Source of the DNA: Balanoglossus misakiensis
Lineage: Eukaryota; Animalia; Hemichordata
NCBI GenBank assembly: GCA_040954595.2
Contig: CM082584.2
Location: 10,816,552-10,880,551, forward strand
Length of the DNA: 64,000 nucleotides
Direction: 5' to 3'
The position numbers were made by a program, and so were the translations under genes. This document shows positions 12,889-24,790 of the stretch, piece after piece. The stretch's first letter is position 1. Every line of letters begins with the position of its first letter. A model generated the notes under the pieces. That model was not told where the DNA came from. It searched no databases and worked only from the letters and a program-made list of their open reading frames with translations.

Positions 12889-13146
12889 ATCCCTGGCAGC
12901 CATATTGGATCATGATATCCCTGGCAGCCATATTGGATCATGATATCCCTGGCAGCCATATTGGATCGTGACACAAATTGAACATTAATAGCATAGAACA
13001 TTGTCTTTGTGCTAACACATTTTGACATGCATGTCTAGGTCATGCTAAACTATCGACATTCCAAGTTCAACCAAACTGGTCAGACATGTCAGAGAAACAG
13101 TTCTGGGGAAAAAATGTCAAAATGGCTGCCTGGCAGCCATATTGGT
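12889..13146. repeat. 28-bp tandem repeat (~2.8 copies, 12889-12967) plus a related palindromic unit at ~13119-13146, part of a dispersed repeat family
   Basis: Unit atccctggcagccatattggatcatgat. aaaatggctgcctggcagccatattgg at ~13119. A related inverted copy lies at ~44880-44915. Confidence 0.8.
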
Positions 13147-13651
13147 AATTTGCATGACAACACAAACGGACATGCATATTCATGTCAGAGTACACTGGGT
13201 CTCTACTTTGAACAAACCTGAACTGGTTCATGCATTGTCGCCTGGTTGCCACCAATTTGACATGCATAATATTACCCAAAGTGCATAGTCCTTGTGCCAA
13301 GACTATCTACAAAGGACTTATGTAATTTTCTTCAAAGCTACTGATATTTATTTCAAATACAATTGTACACTTGAACAACACCCATTCACTACAGGTCCAC
13401 TGCAAATGTTACATCTATTGCACTGTGAGTCTAACGTAGCATCTGTCTCTAGCATGGATCTTGCGACTTCTGAAATATTTTATGTCATATTATACTTTGT
13501 ATGAATCATACAAATTAATTTATCACAAGTACAAAAATATTATTGCTGACCATGTTCAAAATTTAAAAGATGATTTATTCTTGATTTCTGTGAAACTGTG
13601 CACTGTTCAGGTGACGTCCCAGTCCATGTAGAGCCAGTCGTCGCCATCTAG

Positions 13652-16600
13652 TCACGCGGCTTGTTGAGGGGGTTCACATTTTTCCAGCAGTTCCAACACC
13701 TTGGCAACTGTCTCCCTCACTTTGGAATCCGTGGACGGGTCACTCAGGAGGGACTTCAACAAAGGCAGGCCGCCGTCTGACAGCAGCAACGGGCAGTACC
13801 GGTCTGGTGGGAGAGAATATTACCCCCAAATTAATACAGTCATTCGTTGTAAACCTAGCTTGTTTGTTAGCAGTGCACTTTCAACTTGGAACCTTTCACA
13901 AGGACATGAACTTGGAGATGGTGACGATGTTAAGGAGATGATCAATGTCATTTGCTTAAATTTATCTGGTCTATTTATGAAGACTTGGGACTTTTGAGGA
14001 GTGGTTTTGGATTTAGAGGAGTTTCTGGGGGTTCCCCAGACAATGTGAACCCTGGCAAAGGGCAAAGAACATTTTCATTTCAGAGCTACCCTCTTATGTA
14101 TGAAAAAAGAACACTGACATTATTAGGGGTTCCATATGCAGCATATGAGTACGAGTGGAAAATTCTTTTGTTTGCAATCACGGAATGGCGGACAAAGTGG
14201 AGAAAAAAGGAATCACTCACCATGAATTGTACAAACGTACAACATGGCCCAGACGGCCCACAGTTGAGCAGCTGGTGTGTCAGCACACTTCAAAAGTGGG
14301 AAAAACGGATGAAACGACCGGTAGGCAACAACGGTGCTATCAGGAAGTGTCCAACCGTTCACTGTGTTATACTGCATTGTGGGTGAAACATTGACAAAAT
14401 GGTCACAAATTGTAGGTCGATGATGTAAAAAATAAATATCGACTAGGACAACATGATTTTTCTTGATTTGCCATCCAAAGAAAAATACTTTTCACCTATC
14501 GAAGATGACTTCAAGGTCAAGAAAAAGTTTCATCATTCGAACTGACGGATAGACTCATGCTAACATACACACATGCATTTCCAGACTTTTGTGAACCTAC
14601 CAAGCGATTAACAAGGTCCAATCGAAGTTCTTGTGCCAGTGGCCATGACGCGATTCCATCACTGACGATATGAGCCACCACGCCGGCAGCAAAGTAACCA
14701 ACTTCAATCTTGGTGCTTTCAAGCAAACGACTGAAAGAAAATATTCCATTGATATTTATTACGATATTGCATCAAATGACAATAGACTAAGCTATTGTTA
14801 GTCTATTCATAAGCCAAGTTAAATCCCACATTCAAAACCTAATGACCGCATCCAAAATATCAGAACTGTGAAATAAAAACCCAGTGAAAGTTTATGCTTT
14901 TACAGGGAACACCAATAGCTTATAAATGTGATACATACAAAATAGGTATATCACCACTGAGATATTGTGAAATACCCATGATATCCCATGGTCTTAGTTT
15001 CTATAAGTCACAGGCTTCTCCCATCCCTGTTATATCTGATCCTACCCCCCACATTTAAGTTTGGGGGAGTTGGTATTTCAAACTTGACCCCTGTGACTGA
15101 GAAAGTCAGTAAGAATTTGATTAAATTGTTTCACATGGTCTGAAAGTCGGCATGCAGCTGTTAATCATAGTGAAACTTTGGGTTCAAGTTGGTGCTATTA
15201 ATTTCAACAAAGTGGCCTTGACAGAAACTTGAAGTCTGTGATGCTCAACTATTTTGAGATGTGCAGTATTATTCACCACAAACCACACTGAGAGGCGATC
15301 AACTTACTTGAGATGATGGATGAAGTCTTCCTTCACAAGCCGGGCTGTTCGCAGATTCTTCACTTCAGCGACATTGTTCTGAAACCAAACCCCGCCAGGG
15401 AGCCACAGAGTGAAATAAATCATTCGACACCAAAGACTCACTGGCATTCACAACAGCTGAGCACTGATCGTCAAAGCGTCTGGTGTTAAACTCATTCAAA
15501 AAAACAAGCACACGCTAAGCAGTTTGTAATTTTTTCTTTATCACACTTGACCCTGTGGGTTTTCTCGAGCCATGATAACCTTGAAGGCGTTTGACTGTAG
15601 GTCATCTTGCAACATGCTGTGCCAAAATGGCTGCTTTATCTAGCACTGGCTCTGAATTATCATTTTAACAGCATCACAAATATTCCTCCAAACACACACT
15701 CAAAACTGAAGCTTTATCAGGGGACGCTGACTTACCATGAGACCCAACACTTTGGTCTGCAGGTTATCTTCATCAGGAAATGTCTGCAAGTAAATCACAA
15801 AGGATTTCAGAATTTACTTGTCATCTTATACATTGGGTATTTTAGTTGTCAATACATAGAGTGTCCGTCACTTAACCCTATGTGTATCAGCAAACTTGCC
15901 ACATGGCTCAAACCATACCTCCAACATCTGCAGGAATATTTCCAATCCCTGCTCTTCCAGGAAGATAGAACAACTGCTTGGGCATTCATCCGTCAAATTC
16001 CACAAAGCGCTCAGTGTAAATTTCAGTGAATAGTCCACCTGTCTGGCCTCGATTTTCTCTTTGACTATCTGCAGCAATTTCTGTTGAACACAAAACAAGG
16101 CAAACAGATACAAGTCGTTCGCAACCTCTATTTGACAAAACTTATTTTTGCCACATCAATGATAAGTAAATGAGAGGAGTACATGCAGAGTACATTTAAA
16201 ATTCCCAAATATCGGTAAATTCTACATTTTTATAATAATGATAATGATCATAATAATAATGCTTTATTCCCAATTGAATGATATTTCATATGTGAGAAAA
16301 GGAAGAAAATGTACAAACAAACAAACAAACACAGGTTTTGGAAAACGAGAGTGGCAAACATCTGGTAAGCAACTAATCAAAACCACCTCTTTCTACCTGT
16401 CATAGTTCCGGGCTTTTATCTTTTCAGAGAAGAACACATCTGGTGGACAAGCCTGCGTGATTTTGCACAATTTGGAGAAGAACACGATTCCTCTAACTAA
16501 TCCATGGGTCACAGAACTTGATAAGAATTGCATTACGCACGCCAGTGTAGATTCACACCTGTTCATTAACTGATTCAAAGGGCGGGCTAGATAGCCGACG

Positions 16601-19081
16601 TGGCATGTCAAATTCACCATAATAAAATCTTGAATACAGAAGTGTCTGTTATAGCCTCTCTTCATTAGATCAGTAGAGGGCGATAATGCATGCTTCCTAA
16701 CATTTCAGCCATGAAATCTGAGTGACGATTTTTGGTCCCTTATTGATCCACATCAAGCAAGGTTGTAAACGTACCCTGATATTGGCCTGTGATGCCAGTA
16801 CCTCAATGTCCTCCGAGACAATTTTCAATGCAGCTTCGGACAATATGAAAACCGCCATGGTTCTCATGGGCGAGTCGTCAAACGTATGCAAACACTGCAT
16901 GGATAGCTGAGCTGTCTTTACTCGGTCAAATTGCTGATGAAAAAATAAAACAGAAGTTCTTTTCATTGGTGCAGAAGAAAGTAGCATGTCGTGAGTACTA
17001 CACCAAGTATTTAACAGTTTTGGCGTTGTGGTTTGATTCTACTGCAAGAGTGGACATGAAATCACTCACCGCATCTCTCAACACAGTGTCGTTGTACAGG
17101 ATAAGCAGACAGTTCTTCTGCAGCTGTTGGGTGAAAACAGTTACAGTTGTTGTACATTATAAACAGGCCAGGTCATTTCATTGATTTGCAGACGTGCTTG
17201 CTGTGTGAACAACTAACTATGCTACCACATGGCCTGTTGCCCACACAGGCAACAGTTCCAAAGAATGTTGCCTAGGAATCATATGTATGCCATTAAACTT
17301 ACTTGCTGGCTGTACGGGAATGTTTGCATGGCAGCTAGAGTGAGCTGAACCAACTCACTGAGTATAGATATATGCATTTGGTTGGACAGGTGACCTCTGG
17401 CCATGTTGAACATTGTTGCACTGTGGAAGGAAAAATACGAGTTATAAGATGCAGATGGTGATAACTTGGAGGTAGGAGAAGGATGAAAGGGGAACACAGA
17501 TGGGGAGGGAGGGAGGGAGGGAGGGAGAGAGTAAGGATAGAGAGGGGAGGGTGTCTGTAATGACAGCTCAGTGACTAATCCGCAAAAAATGATTTATCAT
17601 CACACTTTACCTGCCAGCCATCTGTATTCCAAGATGAGACGGGAAGTTTCTCAAAGTGCCAAATATGGCCTGCAACAAGAGTCAGAATATTAATAGTTTA
17701 CTTAGTGTTTTGAAGTCATGTACATTCAAGTGGGTATAAAACCCTTTTGACCACATGAGGGCGCTATGCACATAGTGGTACAATGGGGTGACAGTCTTTC
17801 ATCTATGGAGCCTTTTAATCTGAACAATGTAAATGGATGTGCTTACTTTCAGCATGTCGTGTGGAATTTCTTCAACGCCTTGTGTGAAGTTGAAGAGACT
17901 GAAGAGGGCCTTGTGTGAATAGTTAGCCCTGGTGCTGTACCGTGTTAGGGATTCACGTAGTTGGGGTAGAGTTGCATCGCCTGTGATCTGCGCCAGAATA
18001 CAGAAAGTTAATCAATGTAGTTTCTCAGCCAACTGGTACTGTACACAAGGTTTTGTAAAAATCATAACCTTCAGGTGGCCTGACTCACCTTAAGATCTGA
18101 TCTGTATTCTGTGTTATCTTCATCAGCTAGGTAGTCCACTTGGCATAAGGAGGTAAGCATCAATCCTAGGAAGTTCAAGTGATGATGGGAGTCTAGAAAG
18201 GCTTTCAAAATGGCCTCTTCCACACACTCCCATCCGGACAGATCAAGAGATGTGATTTTGGGGATGAAGGATGGCATTTCAAGGAGACTGTTCACTCGCT
18301 TTTTCAGCAGGGGGTCGTTGATGGTGCGAGCGGTGTCGTTATTGGCCCGCCTGGAGATGTCCAGGTGTCTGAGTTGTGTCATGGCCGCCAAGTGATTGAA
18401 GGTCTCGAAGGACACTTTGATATCGGCCATTGTCAGCGATTTCAACCTCTCTCTGCAGTGTTCGAGCGATCCGATGCTGTCCACGTGCGTGTGGGAGATG
18501 TCCAAACTCTCCAGAACGGGCAGCTTGCTGACCAACACGTCCAGCACGCTGCTGTCCACCTCCGTCTTGCTGATGTTCAGGTGCACCAGCGACTGCAAAC
18601 TGCACCACAGCTGCGACACGTGCTCCGGTTCGCGGAAATTCGTGAAGGGGTTCACCCCGCAGCAGTTCAGCGCCTGCAAGTTCGACACAGTCCACTCCCC
18701 GAGCGCTTCCAGGACGTTATTCCCGCTGATTGTTCGCATGATCCCGGATACGTCTAGGTCGATCAGCTTGTGCTTCTTCAGGTAGTACAGGCCAAGTGGT
18801 GTTATCTGGGCGTTTTTCAGGCACACTCTCCGCAGACTGGTCTTCTTGGGGTCAGCAAAGAGACTAAGAGAAACATCATCCACTTGTTTCCTCTCCACTA
18901 GATTTTTCAGGAGGCCGTCAGCCAGGTCAGGATGGAGCGAGAAATCCGGGTGTTTGAAGTGCAACTGGGCATGTACCCCATTGTTGTCTACTGTCACTTT
19001 CTCACACAGTTCATGTAAATTATCAGTGATGAAGTCAAGGCAAAGGCCTTGAAGTCGTGCTGGGGAAGCTCTTGACAACAT
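13652..19081 (-). CDS. ZYG11: ZYG11-like CRL2 substrate receptor, paralogue A, ~745 aa, 12 coding exons: 19081-18089, 17987-17847, 17669-17611, 17420-17303, 17123-17070, 16933-16775, 16080-15919, 15783-15736, 15378-15308, 14730-14601, 14371-14221, 13803-13652
   Basis: BC-box (PARLQGLCLDFI), LRRs, and ARM region with LSALWNLTDEC, NNVAEV, EVGYFAAG, VAYRSF, QLWAVWA. FAAG and VAYRSF favour ZYG11 over ZER1. Exons total 2238 nt, in frame. Confidence 0.9.
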
Positions 19082-19776
19082 CTTGAAGACAGTGGTGGTG
19101 TATTGGTAACCTGAAAAAAGAGTTTGAGAAATGCGGCATCATGTATTTCATCATATCAAATCAATTTTATATACATGAAATATCAGTCCTGTCTTGACAT
19201 GTGAAGATCTAGCTGTGGTATAACGCAGCTGTACCGTTGGGGGGGGGGGGTGCGTTACCAAAGCTAGTGAAGATTGAGATTATTTTTCTGGGCCTGGTAA
19301 TTATATCATACTATAGCATGCATCTTGACATTACGCAAGACACCACACGGAGCAGAACTGTTTCATCACAACTTGGGGGGGGGGGGGGGGGGGCACCGAA
19401 AACAACTTGTGTAAGATGGACACGGGGGGGGGGGGGGGCATACGTCTTCTTGAAATCCTTTGCAGTCTTCACATCCGGGTTTGGCAATATATATAGGGCA
19501 CAGCATGCACGAAACTATTATTATGTAGTTTGTGACTTCACAACAGTAGTCACTATTAAAAAACAGCTCAATTAATGCACTGGAGTAACTCCAGATTATT
19601 GGGGTTAAGTAAATTTTATTGGAATGTTTCATAATATGCAAACTACTATTTCTATGATAACACTAACAGTAACACTAAGTGTAGTAACGATCGTAATAAC
19701 ACCACCTAACTTGAATAGCTATTAAAAATATCGGATAAAACGTTTTCCCAGACTACATTGATAGTGTATAGTTTAC

Positions 19777-19914
19777 CTTTCGCTGAAATATATTACAGAT
19801 ATGCTTGTGTTATGGCTCTTGCCGTTGAAGTTCATGAAGGGTCACCATCCATCTCCTCAGCACTGCTGGTAGACTGCCATCTTGGTATGTTGGTCACTAA
19901 CGCTAGGGGGCGCT
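19777..19914 (-). promoter_or_regulatory. Probable non-coding first exon and promoter of ZYG11-A
   Basis: Minus-strand donor GAAAG|gtaaac at 19777 could join the acceptor at 19110. YY1-like CCAAGATGGC (19876-19885) and CTCF-like CGCTAGGGGGCGCT (19901-19914). Motif-level evidence only. Confidence 0.45.
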
Positions 19915-21156
19915 CGTTATGTGTGACGCGCAGTCAAAGGAATACACACATACCAGTAAATTGTGATGTTGGAAAAAAAAGTTTCAATTGGTTTTATTCA
20001 ACTTTGGTATGGTACATACACTAGACCTTAATGAACTGGCATGTTAACCACACTCTTGCCAACCCATCCGACCCAGCCACTGCCAATTTTGCATGTTAGG
20101 GTTAGCACACTTCATTGGGGTTCGACCAGTCGCACTGGTTGAACACTCTTGCATTTAAACCCAAATATTGGCCGTGCAGTCAAAGTTTGGCCTTTTTGAG
20201 TCAAGTTTCACTTTACTGAGAATGTTACTCTTGCAAAAAATCTCAAAGGAAGGTTTCTGCTGGCCTTGTCTGTAAATGAAAGAACCACTGTGATTTTCAA
20301 AGATAACCGGGGCTGTACTCCTCCCGCGACTTTTAAGAGGTACAAAGACTGATCTTTTGACAATATTTCAAATTTGTCTCATTCACATTAAAAGTACCCC
20401 TGATCATCGAGAATTCAACATGTTTTGGTCAGCATAAAAAAACATTTACTGTGAAAACACAAATAGTGAAAATACCACCAATTGTTTTCTTGGAAATTGG
20501 AAAAAAAAACTAAGTCGTATGATTTTGCTAACATGTACTACTGTTATTTACTTTTGAGGAACAATTCTATTATTGTATCAAATATTGAAGAAAACTGTTA
20601 CATGATAAATTACAAGTAAAAGTTGATGTTCATGGGAGAAGCATCTTTGTGTTATGGCTCTTGCCTCTTTTCTCTGTGTGTAATGTGGGTTTGATTGAAT
20701 CTAAAATATGATTGATGAGTATAAAAAGACATAAAGCAGCTATCACTGTATGAACTTACATCCCAAAAATTTAATTACGTGTCAAAATCAGGATGCTCGT
20801 TTTTGGCCAAGATTCCGTGTTGTACAAGTAACTTTTTCTACAGACCGATGCAAAGAAATTTGCACAAAATAGTCAAAAACTTGGACTCCAGGTGCCTAAA
20901 ACGCTTGTTTATTGTAGAATACCACAAGTTATAAAAAGTTGGGATCGAGAAGTTGTGAAGGGAGTCAGGAATATCAACTGGAGGGTGGAAAAAAAGAGAT
21001 TCTTTCAGAGGTGGGGTTAGAAGAGATTACAATGCAATGGCAATGACATTTTTTCGAGCAGATTCTTTTCTTCAATCTCTGTGTTTTCACACTGCCAGAT
21101 TTGAGTTATATTGGAAAATAAGCATTACACATACTCTAGATAAGAAGGCTAGCTAG

Positions 21157-24100
21157 CTAATCATCATCAAACCCTCCCCCTAACAGGAAATTTGCTGCTA
21201 AATTCTCGTTCTTTTCACATGCAAAATAAGCTTGAATAACTAGTCCCTCTGGAAATCCCAGCGCTTTCAACTGTAAGAGAAAAGAAAATAAATAAATAAA
21301 TACGTAAACAAATTTTTTTTTATGTGTTTTAAAACAGGTTTTCCAAGAAAATCTTTTGACAAATTCATAGGTTTCTTTCTACTCACTCTCTCAATTGCTT
21401 CTTTTTCTTGTTGTGTGACTTGTATGTAACTTGTTCCGGGACCACCGCTACCACCACCTGGACCACCGGCGGTTAAGCCCTGACCACCGGGTAGCACGGC
21501 TGGACCACCACTCTGTTCTGAACCCGTGCTGCCTGCGTTGGGATCGTTGATCATGCCGATAAACCGTTCCTGGTTTTGACTGATCAACTGGAAAACATCA
21601 CAAGAATCAAAATATTACTGTTATAATGTCATCAACCGAAAGCATGAAATTGCATATTGCTATCACACTGCACTCTCCATTTTATTTGTCCCACGAACAG
21701 TTGCTGAGTGATGTGTTCATACCAGTGGCAACCTGTGATGTAAGCTTACCTGTAAGAGTTGTGGATTGGATTGACCTAACTGTTGTAATAACGCTGGCAA
21801 TAACTGTGGGTTTCTCTGAAGGGCTTGCCTCATCTGTAGAAACTGGGGTTGCTGTTGGAGGAAGGCTAGCGGATCTTCACCTGGTTAAGAACACGGAGAA
21901 TAGAAACATTAACCCTTTCACCATCATGGTTTGGTCCAAATCCATTGTTTTCCATGGTATAGCTGGACCTCAAGACATCAAAGCGGGGTTGAAGGGGTAA
22001 AGACCACCTCTCAAACTGGTGTACATGAATACACGTACCCTGGGGGTACAGGTCAGGACTGACTGAGCAAATTTTGACCAATATTGGCCACTGGTGGATG
22101 GTGTCCAAATTTTTGGCCATCCACCTGGACCTGGCTGTTCACCTGCTGATACTGGTGGTGTTGTTGCTGTTGGCGATGTCGCTGTCGTGGCAGACGGTGC
22201 TGCAGTGGTGGTGGTACCGGGCGATGCAGTAACAGCTTGGGCAGGAGCCGACGGCTGTTGTGGTTGTGGGGAGACTGGTTCTTGTTGTCCACCGACTTCC
22301 ATTTCAGCTACCGCACTTTCCGGGATGCCCTAAAAAATGAAAGGTCAAGTGTATCATTTTACTGTCAAAGATCACGTGATTTTCATTCCACCTTGCCTGG
22401 TGGTAACAATCAAATTCACAGGCAAAATAAATTCAGCTGTATGGAAGAAGAACACCGACTTACACTGAGTAAATAATCTACAGCCCTGTCAGGGTTATTA
22501 AAAGCGGCTCGAAGTGCACGCACAACTGGATCTCTGCCATAGCCCATACTCATCAGCTCTGTAACTACACTCTCGTACGCAGCTCCAGTAAGTAACGTCG
22601 ACTCGGCTGCGGACAACGTAGATCCACTTGCTGCTGTTGTGGCTGTGGTGGTGGAGGTGGTTGTCGTGCTAGATTCTGTGCTTGCTTCAGTACTGTTGAA
22701 TCCAAAGACAAAATGTTTTCATCGGTGAAATTTGATAAAACTTTAATCAAATCAACAGTTAATAAAAGTACAAATTTTTCTCTTCATAAATCACCTGGTT
22801 GTCTTGGCTTCTTTTTCTTCCTCTTTCTTTTCCTCTTCTTTTTCCTTTTCTTCTTTCTTCACCTCTTCCTTCTTTTCTTCTTTCGGTTTGTCTACAGTAG
22901 TTTGAGGAGTGGGAGCAGGGGCCGGCGTTTCTGCAGGTTTACTTTCAGCTGGTGGTTCTGTCTTTGGCGCCGCCTTTGGCTGTGATCAAATGGATTAATT
23001 AACATCAGGAACAGAAATGGGAAATATAGTAAAACTCATAAATTTCGTTGGCAACTTGATCACACACATGGTATACTTATTGAAGGATTAGTGTATTATT
23101 ATATATAATTCCCCCGTATTTCGAACGAGTGTGCCTGCGTCGCGGACGAGTGATTCCCCGTATAGCGGCCGTATCCCTCCGAGCCACAGGCGAGGAGGGA
23201 TACAGCTATACGGGGAATCACGAGTTCGCGACGCAGGTACACGAGTGAGGAATACGGGGGAATTATATGTTTATCACATACATAGATCCGCTTATTTTGA
23301 TTTTCAAATAAATCTCTTTTTGGTTGCGATAAAATTTGGAACTATTTTGCGCAAAATTGAAGATCGATGTTATGCGGTCTATCTGTCAGGTGACTCAGGT
23401 CACGACCTGGACGATTCTGGTTTTGGCGATGACCCGTCTGTCGTACATCAGCTGTCGTACATCGTCCGTCAAGGTTTCACTGGAGCAGGAAACCTTTCTT
23501 ATGCCTTTTGCTTTATGACTGGACCGTTTTGCTCTAATCGTCGCATCAATTTTTTTGCGAATACTCAAATTTGTACCTGTCGCTCGTTCGACAACGCGAC
23601 AACATTGGCTCAGCACTGACGACCTCGCGACAGTTTTGGTGCCGGTTGGTGCGATAAAAATGTACACAGGTAAAACTAATCGTCGATCGTCCATATTTAC
23701 ACATGCGAAACATTTTATTTATCTTTGCTTATTTTTTAATATCGAAATAAAACCAACAATTGCACTGAATTTTGTCGCCCTAAGAGGACTTTGTTTACAA
23801 GTTTAAAATAGTTCCGTTTGGTGACGTCAGAGGGATGGGTATTACAATAACGCTTGGTGCAAATTTACCTACGTCTGACGTCATACTATGGTATATGCGG
23901 AGCTATGTATGTGATAATAACCTATACAACAATTATCGTCTGTACAGAATACCAACCTTTGTAATCATAACCACTACAAAACTGTCTTCACTAATATTAT
24001 ATTCACTTATAACTTTGTCATCTGCCAATATTTTTCCTGCAAGGAGAAACAGGGTCAAATTATCACTTCAGGTGCACACTAGTCTCCTCAGTACAACTTT

Positions 24101-24672
24101 TCAAACCATCCCACCAACAACAATGCACTGGATGAATAGCAAATATATAATACCACTCTTACAAATTTGGAACACACTAAGTTCTATCATTTCACTTCAT
24201 GTTAATAGCACTACTAGTCTAGGTTCATGAATTAAAGCACAGATCACATCATGACACACATTCTTTTCCAATTTGCTACTGCCTCCTGTAATAATCCTCC
24301 AGGTGCATTTCAAGACATCAAATCATGATCGTGATGCATAACAAAACCATTCATACATCACGTGTATTCAAAAACTCAACAATACCTGCATATATCAACT
24401 TCTGGCCATTTGCAGGAAAGTCCGTTCCTTTTGTTTCTTCTACTTTCTTTTTCAAATCCTTGACCTGGAAATTCGGTGCACAAGAAACTTGAAACGGTTG
24501 AATTTCGAAATATCCATAGAAGGGAACAGGTCCACATGCTTTATACAGATGATTCAGCATTAGCTGCATATTTACAACATAGGTCTTTCGGAACGTACGT
24601 ACTCACCGTTTGACTCGGCTCAACTTCCACTTTAAAAGTTTGCTGTTGCAAGGTTTTTAGCGTGATAAGCAT
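21157..24672 (-). CDS. RAD23: UV excision repair/ubiquitin shuttle protein RAD23, ~423 aa. Exons 24672-24607, 24464-24386, 24036-23957, 22979-22795, 22692-22464, 22329-~22143, 21880-21750, 21587-21387, 21270-21157
   Basis: UbL ([14 protein letters not shown]...QKLIYAG), UBA1 ([23 protein letters not shown]), XPC-binding region ([12 protein letters not shown]), UBA2 ([13 protein letters not shown]...[16 protein letters not shown]). The exon-6 donor is ambiguous. Confidence 0.95.
21909..22000. mobile_element. ~90-bp MITE-like repeat with a TTAACCCTTTCA end. Related copies at ~2205-2290 and ~39865-39952 (opposite orientation)
   Basis: Shared core ttaaccctttcac..catggtt..gtccaaa...ggta...acctc at three loci. 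The copy at 21909 ends in an imperfect inverted ggttgaaggggtaa. Confidence 0.65.
23096..23920. mobile_element. Non-autonomous foldback element in RAD23 intron 3, with a 166-nt hairpin and an internal complementary region
   Basis: Hairpin 23103-23268. 20/21-nt inverted repeat 23271-23291 vs 23897-23917. CpG-rich relative to the flanking intron. No recognisable protein. Confidence 0.75.
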
Positions 24673-24790
24673 TTTGATAGTTGGTTTCTGTCGACGGATG
24701 TGTGCACGTAAATAAAATCGTTCAATTTAGATGGGAAAACCCGCCACAATCGTTCAAGCACGCAGGAGGTTCACACACGAAAATACATGT

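Noticed and set aside
12889-12967. 28-bp repeats as a CRISPR-like array
   Set aside because: Units are contiguous with no spacers, the context is eukaryotic, and there are no cas genes.
17503-17552. (GGGA)n and poly-G tracts (also ~1519, 19239, 19375, 19424) as functional G-quadruplexes
   Set aside because: Common simple repeats with no evidence of function.
18210-19052. Antisense and alternative-frame ORFs over the ZYG11 LRR exons (also 27584-28405 and 35973-36829)
   Set aside because: Expected shadows of GC3-rich coding sequence, with no recognisable domains.
22713-22985. Phe-rich + strand ORF
   Set aside because: Antisense of the Glu/Lys-rich RAD23 linker exon.
23131-23806. 162-aa and other ORFs in the foldback element as a transposase or recombinase
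   Set aside because: No DDE, tyrosine-recombinase, RT or HUH motifs. The N-terminal part merely translates the hairpin.
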